A DNA stretch of 64,000 nt from Mobula hypostoma (taxonomy: Eukaryota). The stretch spans positions 207,516,001-207,580,000 of the forward strand of contig NC_086097.1 of assembly GCF_963921235.1 (NCBI RefSeq), given 5' to 3'. Each line of letters begins with the position of its first letter. Position 1 is the first letter of the stretch. This document shows positions 12,378-23,518 of the stretch, one piece after another. The translations under genes and the position numbers were made by a program. The notes below the pieces were generated by a model that was not told where the DNA came from, made no database searches, and worked only from the letters and a program-made list of their open reading frames with translations.

Positions 12378-13344
12378 GTGGTTAGCAGCACAGGGGCACC
12401 TCTGGGGTCTGTCCTGTCCCCCATCCTGTTCACTGTTTACATCTCAGACCTCAGAGATAACCCTGAGTCCTGCCACTTGCATTAGTTTTCAGATGATACG
12501 GCAGATGCGAGCTGTATCAGCCAGGGTCAAGAGGCTGAGTAAAGAAGTGTGGTGGACAACTTTGTTGAGTGGCATGGGCTGAATCACCTGCAGCTCAACA
12601 TCACCAAGACAAAGGAGTTGGTGATGGACTTCAGGAAGGTGAAGACACCCTGCATTCCCATCTCCGACAAGGGAAGAGATGTGGAAGTTGTCTGGGAGTA
12701 CAAGTGCTTAGGAACTCACCTGGACTGGACTAAAAATACAGGGGCTCTGTACAAGAAGGGATAGAGCCAAAAATACTTCCTGAGGAGGCTCTGGTCATTC
12801 AACACCTGAAGGACTATGCTGAAAATGTTCTATGATTCAGAGGTAGCCAGATTTCTATTCTATGCTGTAGTCTGCTGAAGCAGCAGGGTGAGAGCAGCTG
12901 ATGCCAAGAAGATCAATAAGCTCACCAGGAAGACTGGTTCTGTTTTGGGGGGTGGAACTGAGTTCCCTGGTGATTGTGTCTGAGAGGAGGATGCTACAGA
13001 AGCTATGGAGCATTATGGACAACCCCTCTCACCCCCTCCATGACACATTGGATAAACAGAGGAGCACCTTTAGTCACAGACTGATTTTACCAAGGTGCAC
13101 CATTGAACGCCACAGAAGATCCTTTCACCCTGTGGCTGTCAGACTCTGCAACTCCTCCTTAAGTATATACGTACACAGTTTTATTGCACATCTGTATTTT
13201 GCATTATTACTTTTTACTGCACCTTCTGTATTTTTTGTACCTCAATGTTTACATTTTGTATTTTAAAGTATATATTTCTGATTGAACAACCTTGCAACAA
13301 TAATTTCATTCAGGATAAATAGATATGATCTTATCTTAACTTAA
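12378..13344 (+). mobile_element. Rex1 LINE, 5'-truncated
   Basis: FSDD motif, NHLQLNITKTKELVMDFRK and MDNPSHPLH...PRCTIERHRRSF, with an ATCTT-like tail. Confidence 0.85.
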
Positions 13345-13800
13345 ACTTAAGGCAGAGGTTGATAGATTCTTGATTAGTCAAGGATTACAGGGAGAAGGCA
13401 GGAGATTGGGGCTGACAGGGAAATGGATCAGCCATGATGAAATAGCAGAGTAGACTCAATGGGCCAAATGGCCTAACTCTGCTCCTATATGTAATGTTTT
13501 TATGGTCTTATTCACTTCCTGTCAAAAAGCTATTAATATTACAGTCACTGATACTCAAAATGTTCCTGGAAGCAAAAAAGCTGCAGATGATGGAAATCGG
13601 AAATAAAAACAATAATATCTGTGGATCTACTAAGTACTTTCATCATTTTCTTTTTATATCCCTTTAAATAATGCAGCTCCTGTGGTGTTGCATGGTGTGT
13701 CACGTGTTCTTTCTGTTATTGGACAACAAATTCGCTGAAGTGGCCATGGATTGAAACCACAAAATGCTAAAAGTATACACTCACATTTCATGCATTACAT

Positions 13801-14440
13801 TGATGATGATTATGAGGATGCACAGTTCCCTTTTATTGTCATTTAGTAACGCGTGCATTAAGAAATGATAAAATGTTTTTCCAGAATGATATCACAAAAA
13901 CACATGACAAACCGACTTAAAAACTAACAAAAACCACATAATTATAACATATAGTTACAACAGTGCAAAGCAATACCGCAATTTGATAAGAACAGACCAT
14001 GGCACAGTAAAAGTCACAAGGTCTCTCGGAAGTCCCATCATCTCACGCAGACGGTAAACCTTCAGCACTGCCAACTTGCCGGTACAGCATACTGGAAGCT
14101 TCTGACCACAGTCCGACTCCGAGTCCGTCTGAAAAACTCCGAGCCTCCGACCACCTCCTGACACCAGCACCGAGCACCATCTCTGCCAAGCGCTTCGACC
14201 CCGGCCCCGGCAACAGGCGATACGCAAAGCCGAGGATTTGGGGCCTTCGTCTCCAGAGATTCTCGATCGCAGAGTAGCAGCGGCAGTGAAGCAGGCATTT
14301 CAGAAGTTATTCCAGATGTTCCTCTGCGCTTCTCATGGCTGTCTCCATCAAATCCGGATTGTGCACGGCCCCCTAGTTACACATATCGATATCATTCAGA
14401 ATGGCCACGCGTGCTGCACCGCACCGCCATCTTCTCCTCC
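13801..14440 (-). mobile_element. Non-coding non-LTR derivative with YY1-motif head and Rex1-type tail
   Basis: The minus strand begins GGAGGAGAAGATGGCGG, has a CpG-rich body, and ends TGACAATAAAAG...CATAATCATCATCA. No coding homology seen. Confidence 0.6.
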
Positions 14441-15933
14441 CTCCATTGGAACCAAGCCCATGGGAATAAAGATCACAACAGAGTGCAGTCTTCTGCCTCA
14501 CATATGTGCTGAACCGCTCTATTTTTCTCTTTTAATTTAGATCAAAAAAATCAGATGAATTAGCTTACAGGATTGTACCCTGATACTCCATATGATATTT
14601 TCTTTGTCCAAATAATCCAAGGTATAGAATTTAGGAAAATATCCCTAGGGTGCAAAGAATGACTCCAGTGTATAATTCATTTTGAATGTACAGTTTTTAA
14701 AAATCCATGATAAAGTACTTTTTTTTATGTTGCAAAACAGTGAATTTAAAAATAGCTTTAGCTTCCTGTATTCTGCAGAAGATTACATGGTCCAATGGCT
14801 ATTCTGATGAAAGGTTATGACAACTGCACATATTGCATCTGAGCAATGTTTGTTGGGAAGAGAGTTTGTTAATTTGTTCTAAAATCAATAAAAGCTCAGA
14901 AGTGGCTGTTTTATTCTTATTCGCAGTGCTGTTTCTATGGAATGACAGTGATTGAAATAAATGATTTTAATCTCTCTGTCTGCTGAAGAATAAAAGAAAA
15001 TTAACAGAGAAAGGAGAGAAAATCTACATGTTAATACTACAGTTCTTAAGCAAAATAAGTTAAAATTTTAGTCAATTAAGGTCACAGAAATGGCCTTACG
15101 GGAAACATAAGATCATAAATAATTCAAAGTTCCAGGTGTTCACCTTTAGTTTTAACAAGAGATTTAAATTCTACATTTGAGAGATGTTTTCACTTCCCTT
15201 TTATAGCAATGAATCTTGGATATTTACTGACAGATAAGCTGTCCACTATATCCAAAAATCCAATTTCTTAGCTTATGCAGGAAGAATCCATTCTAAGTCA
15301 TATTAATGTTCAGTGAGCTCATTCTAATTTTTTTGTTTTAGAAAGGATTGCACTATTTTAGTAACTTTCTACATTTCATATTATCTATGTATAATTCAGT
15401 CAAAGTTTAAAGATCAAAATACCCTTATTATTGAAGTAGTGTGTATACCATATACAACTTGAAATTCATCTGTAAACAAATCATATTTCACAGCTTGAAG
15501 ATGATTTAAGTTGCAAGTTAACTCGTGCTTTGTTCTTGTCATGCATAAGCAATTGTATCCATAATCATTAAGTGTGCTTTAATCATGCCGTATGACTCTT
15601 TGACAATCATATAGGAAGGTTTTCAGAGAAGAATGTTGGTCCCTCACTCTTCTGTCTTTTCTGAAAGACAGAGGATTCTATTTTTGACTAAAGTGGTTCA
15701 CCTTCTGAAAGTTACACTCTAATTTCTCAGCAATTTCCCTTTTCAAGTGTTTGTGTTGTCATGGTGTTCCAGAATCTGCAATGACAAAATTGTCATCTAC
15801 TTTCAGCTGTTTGGTAGGTAACAAAAGAAAAACATATGAGAACAACTCTGTGCCATAATGGGCACACAAAAAGACGAAGACAATTTTCAGAGCATAGTTG
15901 AGAACAGGGTAGCCCATTGCCTAACATCATTCA

Positions 15934-15936
<3 letters not shown>

Positions 15937-15968
<32 letters not shown>
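15937..15968. repeat. (AT)n microsatellite
   Basis: Direct reading. Confidence 0.97.
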
Positions 15969-15970
<2 letters not shown>

Positions 15971-16789
15971 TAGAAAGCTTATTGCCCAAGAATGAAAAGT
16001 GTGAAGACTTGTAGTGTGAATACAATGAACAAGAGGAATAAGAACTAACAATGTTCCTTCGTTAATAACTCAAATGTACTTGTGCATCAGATTCTCAGAT
16101 CCGGCACAAGCTTATCCAGATTGGAGTCAATTTTAGGTTATGATGCAAAGTCCAGGATGGGACGGGAGTAGAAACTGTGGATAAAAGAAGAGGATGAGCA
16201 ACCTGGCAACAGCCAACAACATTATTACTTTTATTCAGTGGTGTAATTCATGCTCCTCCTGGATTCATACTCAATAAAAAAGTTTCTCATCATTATTGAC
16301 TTGCTCCTTCTGCGGTCCATTTTGGGAAACCAAGTCTCAAACTGACATGACTCAACATTTCCTTAATGGATTCTTAAATATTTGTCTGAACCAGTAATGT
16401 GTATGACATGCACAGTCTTGCACACTCAAACATTTTTGGATTCATAAAAACAGCCAAGCCAGATTGAATTTTATCCTCTCTTTCCCCAAACTTCCTCCAT
16501 CATTTTTTTTTCTTTCTATTGATTTTATACATTTAGTCAGACAAAGGTGCTAATGTATAGTTGCTAAATTTGAATAATTTAGGTAAGCTGGAAATAGACT
16601 TTTTTAAAGCTAAGTTTTGCGATATTTTGTAACATAATTGTAATGAACTGCACATAATAATAGTCTTTCTATGTTACCATTAAAATGATAGACACTATTT
16701 TCGTATGAAATGACTAAACTCAATCATTTCCTCATATTGACTGGGACTCTCACACTGTAAAATGACTAGGTGGGATAGAATTTGTCAAA

Positions 16790-17910
16790 TGTGTTCACAA
16801 AAGTTTCCTTAATCAGTACATAGAAGTTGAAATGAGAGAGTGTGCAATATTTGATCTCCTATTAGGGTATGAGACAGGTCAGGTGACAGAAGTTCGTGTA
16901 GGGGAGCACTTTGCATCTAGTAATCATAATGAATTAGTCTCAAGGTAATTCTGGTCTGGTCCTTATGTTGAGATTCTACGTTGGAGATAGGCCAGTTCTG
17001 ATGGTATTAGAAACGATCCGGTTAGTGTAAATTGGGACAGGCTGTTTTCTGGCAAATGTGCACTTGGTAAGTGGGAGGCCTACAAAAGTGAAATTTTAAG
17101 AGTATAAAGCTTGTATGTGTTTGTCGGAACAAAAGACAAAGGATAACAGATTTAGAGAACCTTGGTTTTGAAGAGATATTGAGGCCTTGGTTAAGGAAAA
17201 GAAGTAGGTGCGTAGGCAGGTAGGAGCGAATGAGGTACTTGAGTATAAGAAATGCAAGAGAACACTTAAGAAAGAAATCAGGAGGGCTAAAAGAAAACAT
17301 GAAGTTGCTCTAGCAGACAAGCTGAAGGAGAATTCTAAGGGTTTGTACAGATATAGTAAGAGCAATAGATTGTAAAGGACAAAATTGGTTCTCTGGAAGA
17401 TCAGAATGGAAGTCTATTTGCGGAGCCAAAAGAGATGGGGGAGATATTGAATGGCTTTGTTTGCATCTGTATTTACTCAGGAGATGGGCACAGAGTCTAA
17501 AGAAGTGAGGAAAAGCAGCAGTGAGGTAATGAACCCTAAATGGACTATAGAAGACAATTTGAGCAAGACATTTGACAAGGTCCTGCATGGGAGGTTGGTC
17601 AAGAAGGTTCAGTCGCTTGGTATTCAAGATGAGGTAGTAAGTTGGATGAGACATTTGCCTTACTGGAGAAGCCAAAGAGTGGTAGCAAATGGCTGCCTCT
17701 CTGACAGGAGGCCTGTGACAAGTGGAGTGCAAATGGATTAGTGCTGAGTCCATTGTTGTTTGTCATCTATATCAACAATCCGTATGATAATGTGTGAACT
17801 GGATCAGCAAATTTGCGGATGACCCCGATATTGGGAGTGTAGTAGATAGCGATGAAGACTATCAAAGCTTGCATCAGGATATGGACCAGCTGGCAAAATG
17901 GGCTGAAAAT
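16790..17910 (+). mobile_element. Degenerate CR1 LINE ORF2 fragment
   Basis: FASVFTQE, KTFDKVLHGRLV, RPVTSGV and SKFADD, with multiple deletions. Confidence 0.85.
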
Positions 17911-18341
17911 GGCTTTTTTAAAAATCTTTTAGAGGAAAAGACAGTTAATTGTCTTTACTTTAAGTAACCTAATCTCTTCTAAATATTCATGGAATAGTGC
18001 TCTTCACAATGGAAATTACAGACCTCAAATATAGTGTGTATGAATTTATTTAACTTATTAGTACATTTTTGCTTATCCCAATGTTTCATTTTTGACTTGG
18101 CCTGATTTGTCAACTGAGTCTGGTAATCTTCTACCTTGTTAATGATTGTTAATCAGCAATTACAGGTAAAAATATGCAAGGCATAGTTAAAGAGAAACTG
18201 CAAACACAATTCACAATTAAAATAATGAAGTCAAAGCAGTTAGCATTCAATGTGGGTTTCTGCATGACTGATTGTACAGAACAACTGAATTGTTTTAATT
18301 CTGAGAGCAACTTGATTCATCAGCAACCTTACATTGTTGAG

Positions 18342-18969
18342 TACAAAATCACATGGTTTCCTTGGTTGTGCAAGTCCCGGGAAGACACACTCTGGTCCGC
18401 CAAACTCGTGAGATTGAGACGGCTCTCCCACTCCAAACCCGGTTTGTGTGGATGCTGTGTAATCTGCTACGCTGTTACAACTCAGTGCCAAGAAATATCA
18501 GACAGCACACTGCATACGATTAAAGGAATTATATTTATGTATCTTACTTAACTAATGGGTTAGTAAAGAAAAGAAAGAAAACCACACAACGGGCCCATTA
18601 TAATTAAACAGTCAAATGTGCACAAATTGGAGCTCATCTTGAACTTGCCTGTCACACACGCGCGGGGTCCTAGGTCAGTGTGAAGGCACACACCACCTTC
18701 TGAACGCCGCTCGCAATCCATCTCGAGCAAATGGGCCTCCCACCGGGTCATATCCTACAACCGGTTCTCCACAGCATCTTCTTTCTTCATCTCCCACCAA
18801 ACAACAGGACCCAGTCCACACCAGTGTCAGGCACACAACACAAAGAAACACACTCCCCTCATTGTATGGCTCGCATTCCAAAGCACCCATAATCTCTACC
18901 TATAACCCAAACACTGCTTCTACAGAAAGACCATTACGTTAGCAGTGAAACCTTTCCCAGGGTGTTACA
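18342..18969 (-). mobile_element. Probable solo LTR related to the LTR at 49358-50052
   Basis: Ends TGTTACA and shares GTTTGTGTGGATGCTGTGT and AGACA..ACAC...ATACGATTAAA with 49358-50052. The left boundary and TSD are unclear. Confidence 0.6.
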
Positions 18970-19661
18970 AATATGTTGGAGGAGAAAACAAGCATGCCCA
19001 TGAGAGGACAAATAGAATCCCTTTCCAGCCAGTCTGTTTATTGCCATTGCATGAACTCCTTCAACTGTACCAAGATAAAGGTGTGATACATCTTCAAAAA
19101 AAAGGTCAAGGAGTTATTGTCCTATCTTCCAGAATGAGACCCCTGATGTTCTCCAGCATTAACTAAGCTGCATGCTGCACTATGTATTAAGCAAAAGGTA
19201 TACGTGCACTTGTGGGAGATAACAGCAATAATTATTGGCAGTATTGCCCATGACCAATGGAGCTGGAAAAGGATAATGAGAGGTAAGCATGGATACTGCT
19301 GGAAACAACATGCATTTGATATTGTCTGGCGAAACAATTCATCCTAGATTTACCTTTAAAAATAAGAAAATTGCTTCTGAGGAAACTATTAGCTTTGAAA
19401 GAAAACAACACTATGTTTTTCTGAACATTCCAAACAGAATAGTGAAAATGAAAGACTGTTGATTTTCTTTTCTTGCTTTTCAACAACCGTCTGCTCAGGT
19501 TACAGGGTTTTATGCAGGGCTTGGAGCTCATTTTTTTCTAATTGTTAGGCATCATTCTGGAATTAAAGATAATATAATTATGGTTGAACTAAAATAAGAA
19601 CCAGCCTTCAGGAAATAAAACCTAAACATGTAACTTGCAACTGATAGTTTGTGACTAGTGA

Positions 19662-20432
19662 ACCCCTATACAATTCGCCTACTGACACAACCAGTCGACA
19701 GGTGACACAATAGCCACTGCTCTGCATACCATCCTTACACATCTGGAGAAGGAGGATGCTGTTCTTGGACTACAGTTCAGCATTCAACACCATAGTTCCA
19801 TTCAGGCTTGACAAGAAGCTCAGAGACCTCGGCCTTGACCCTGCCTTGTGCAGCTGGATCCTGGACTTCCTGTCAGATCGCCAGCAGGTGGTAAGAGTGA
19901 GCTCCCTCACCTCCACCCCTCTGACTCTCAATACAGGAGACCCCCAGGGGTGTGTACTAAGTCCCCTCCTTTACTCCCTGTATACCCATGACTGTGTCGC
20001 CACCCACAGCTCTAATCTGCTAATTAAATTGATTGGCCTTATCTCAAACAATAATGAGGTGGTCTACAGGGAAGAAGTCATCTCTCTAACACAGTGGTGT
20101 CAGGAGAAGAACCTCTCCCTCAATGTTGCAAAAACAAAGGGGCTGGTTGTGGATTACAGGAGGAATGGAGACAGGCTAACCCCTATTAACATCAATGGAT
20201 CTGGGGTTGAGCGGGTAAACAGCTTTAAGTTTCTTGGCATCCACATCAAAGATGACCTCACATGGTCTGTACATACCAGCTGTGTGGTGAAAAAGACAAA
20301 ACAGTGCCTCTTTCACGTCAGACAGTTGAGGAAGTCTGGTATGGGCCCCCAAATCCCAAGAACTTTCTACAGGGGCACAATTGAGAGCATCCTGACTGGC
20401 TGCATCACTGTCTGGTATGAGAACTGTACCTT
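19662..20432 (+). mobile_element. Rex1/Babar LINE RT fragment
   Basis: [31 protein letters not shown] and [15 protein letters not shown]. Same family as 21785-23120. Confidence 0.9.
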
Positions 20433-21099
20433 CTTTGTTCAGAACCAAAGCTGATTCCTGTCTTGACCACCACCAAAACTACCTCTCCTTTCTACCATTC
20501 ATTTCCAAAATCAACTACCCTGACTTAATTTTCTTCACAGTGTAACCCCCTTACTGTCTCTGAAGAACGAACCTCTCAATGAAGACTGGTGTGTTCTCCT
20601 GACTTCCCCTTCCTCAAGTTCACAATCAAGATCAGGCAATCAGATGTAAGTAGCAGCCTATGGAGTTTGTATTGTATTAGTTACAGAAACTGTGAGAGGA
20701 TGGGAATACAAGAAATGGCTTTTAGGAGACCAGGAACAGCTTCTTACGTCCTATGTGCTTACTTCTGAGGGACCTTCTAAAGCAAGGCCTTAGCATGGAA
20801 AATAATTGTTTAAAGAATGCTGTGCTCGCTATCTCCACTTTCAGGAGAACGGTGTTGTACAACTTTCACATAATGAGAGAAGACATCACAGTGCAGCAGC
20901 GTCTAGCTCTTGAGAGGGTGATTATCCTTGGTGCATGCCACATTGCAGAGCTGCACAAGAAATGTCTTAAATGTTTAGGAGAACACTTTCCCAATGTCAG
21001 GAAAATTATTGATAATTTGCAGTCAAGCCAAGGAAATTAATTAACTGTGTAATTTGATTCTTCGTGTGCTCTAGTTGAGCAAATCAGGATTTTCCCCAA

Positions 21100-21770
21100 T
21101 CAGAGCCCTAGATGAACAATGAAATCTGGAATCTGCTGAGAGCCAGATCAGAGGCATTCAAGTCTAGACTTCAAGAATGCTACAAGAGGTACAGGTACGA
21201 TCTCTGGAAAGCCATCTCTTAGGCAAAGTGGAGATTCAGGACGAGGCTGGAATCAACGAGGGATACTCAACAGCTATTGCAGAGTTTGAATGCCTTAACT
21301 TCCTACAAAGATAAATCTTGTGTCATGGGGAGAACAGAGCTTTGCTTCCAGATTAGCTCAATGCCTTCTATACTTGCTTCGATCACTAGAACAGGGAGGA
21401 ACCATCACACATGCCTATGTCTTCCAATGGTCCTTTGGTCTCATTATCTGAAGATGACGTGTGGGCGGCCTGCAAAAGACTGAATCCAAGGAATGGAATT
21501 TGGATGGAATACCTGGCCGAGTACTGAAGAGTTATGCCAACCAAGTGGCTGGTGTATTCACAGCTATCTTCAACCTCTCGCTCTAGGAATGTGTGGTGCC
21601 CACCTGCTTCAAGCAGGTTTCCATCATATTGGTGCCCAAGAAGGAAATGGTAACCTGTCTAACTGACTGTTGCCCAGTAGCACTTGGCGTCCACAGTGGT
21701 GAACTGTTTTGAGAGGCTGGTTTTGAAGCTCCTGCCTGAGTGGTGACTTGGATCTGCTCCAATTCACCTG
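21100..21770 (+). mobile_element. Degenerate Rex1/Babar LINE fragment (pre-RT region)
   Basis: VLKSYANQVAGVFTAIFNLSL...VPTCFKQ...VPKK, with many stops. Confidence 0.7.
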
Positions 21771-21784
21771 GCAAATTTTCCAAT

Positions 21785-23120
21785 TTAGCAAATTGTCCTT
21801 TACCAAAAAAAGACCAGGGTAACATACCTGAACGACTGGCGTCCTGTCGCTTTCACCTCAATAATAAGCAAATGCTTTGAGAGGCTGGTCAAGGATTACA
21901 TCTGCAGCTTGCTACCACCAAAACTGGACCCCCTACAATTCACCTACCGACACAACCGATCAACAGATGACGCAATAGCCACTGCTCTGCATACCATCTT
22001 TGCACATCTGGAGAAGGAGGATGCTGTTGTGAGAATGCTTTTCTTGCACTACAGTTCAGCATTCAATACCACAGTTCCATCCAGGCTTGACGAGAAGCTC
22101 AGAGACCTTGGCCTTCACCCTGCCTTGTGCAGCTGGATCCTGGACTTCCTGTCAGATCGCCAGCATGTTGTAAGAGTGGGCTCCCTCACCTCCAACCCTC
22201 CGACTCTCTATACAGGAGCCCCTCAGGGCTGCATACTGAGTCCCCTCCTTTACACCCTGTATACCCATGACTATATCGCCACGAACAGCTCCAATCTGCG
22301 AATTAAATTTGTCGATGACACTACATTAATTGACCTTATCTCAAACAATAACGAGGTGGCCTACAGGGAAAAAGTTATCTCTCTGACACAGTGGTGTCAA
22401 GAAAACAACTTCTCCCTCAATGTCACCAAAACAAAGGAGCTAGTTGGGGATTACAGGAGGAATGGAGTCGGGCTAATCCCTATTGACATCAATGGACCTG
22501 GGTTTGAGACGGTAAACAGCTTTATGTTCCTCGGCATACACATCACCGAGGACCTCACGTGGTCCTCCAGCTGTGTGATGAAAAAGGCACAACAGTGCCT
22601 CTTTCACCTCAGACGGCTGAAGAAGTTTGGAATGGGTCCCCAAATCCTAATAGCTTTATACAGGTGCACAATTGAGAGCATCCTGACTGGCTGCATCACT
22701 GTCTGCTATGGGAACTGTACCTCCCTTAATCACAGGACTCTGCATAGAGTGGTGCTGACAGCCCAGCGCAGCCGTTGTAGTGAAGTTTCCATGATTCAGG
22801 ATATTTACAAAGACAACTGTGTAGAAAGGGCCCATAGGATCATTGGGGACCTAAGTCATCCCAACCACAATCTATTTCAACTGCTACCATCTGGGAAGCA
22901 GTACCGCAGCTTAAAAGCCAGGACCAACAGGCTCTGGGACAGCTTCTTCCACCAGGACATCAGACTGATGAACTCATGCTGATTTGAGTGTACTCTATAT
23001 AACATTGCCTATTCTATTTATTATAAATTACTATGATTGCACACGGCACATTTAGGTGGAGATGTAACATAAAGATTTTTACTCCTCATGTATGTGAAGG
23101 ATGTAAGAAATAAAGTCTTA
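21785..23120 (+). mobile_element. Rex1/Babar LINE, 5'-truncated, 357-aa open RT to C-terminus, with 3' UTR
   Basis: ORF 21909..22982 has LDPLQFTYR, PQGCILSPLLYTLYTHD, KFVDDTT and LLPSGKQYRSLKARTNRL. The 3' UTR ends AGAAATAAAGTC. Confidence 0.92.
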
Positions 23121-23179
23121 ACACTGAAGTAAAAAGGGGTGTATTTTGGCAGTCTGGCTTTTGGAACAGAACATTTTTA

Positions 23180-23510
23180 TTGAGCAATACACACAGCAAA
23201 AGCTGGAGGAACTCTGCAGGCCAGGCAGCATCTATGGAAATAGGTAAACAGTCAACACACAAAATTCTGGAGGAATTCAGCAAGCCATGCAGCATCTATG
23301 GAAAAAAGTACAGTTGAACTTTCTCCAGTCCTGTCGATGGGTCTCAGCCTGAAACATCAACTGTACTTATTTCCATAGATACTGCCTGGCCTGCTGAGTT
23401 CCTCCAGCATCTTGTGTGTCTTGCTTGGATTTCTAGCATCTGCAGATTTTCTCATGTAAGTAAACAGTTGCTGTTTCTAGTCGAGACCCTTCATCAGGAC
23501 TGGAAAAAAG
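23180..23510. mobile_element. Two nested short Penelope-derived elements with decayed hammerhead motifs
   Basis: An outer minus-strand copy is split by an inner, partly palindromic copy (23253-23459). TSD GTAAACAGT at 23244-23252 and 23460-23468. Confidence 0.75.
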
Positions 23511-23518
23511 AGAGAGAG

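Larger units (their letters stand above)
10618..13510 (+). mobile_element. CR1 LINE ORF2 (RT and 3' end), interrupted by Rex1 at 12378-13344
   Basis: DKSPGPDGVHPRVLKE, YLDFQKAFDKVPH and LVRPHLEYS. The 3' end CCTAACTCTGCTCCTAT...TATGGTCTTA resumes at ~13345. Confidence 0.9.

Noticed and set aside
19662..22720. Segmental tandem duplication of Rex1/Babar RT
   Set aside because: Similarity is confined to the element, the flanks differ and lesions are not shared, so two independent insertions are simpler.
21909..22982. Longest ORF (357 aa) as a host or domesticated gene
   Set aside because: It is a 5'-truncated Rex1/Babar RT with substitutions in conserved motifs (LFLHYSS, FVDD), a non-ATG start, and a decayed sister copy 2 kb upstream.
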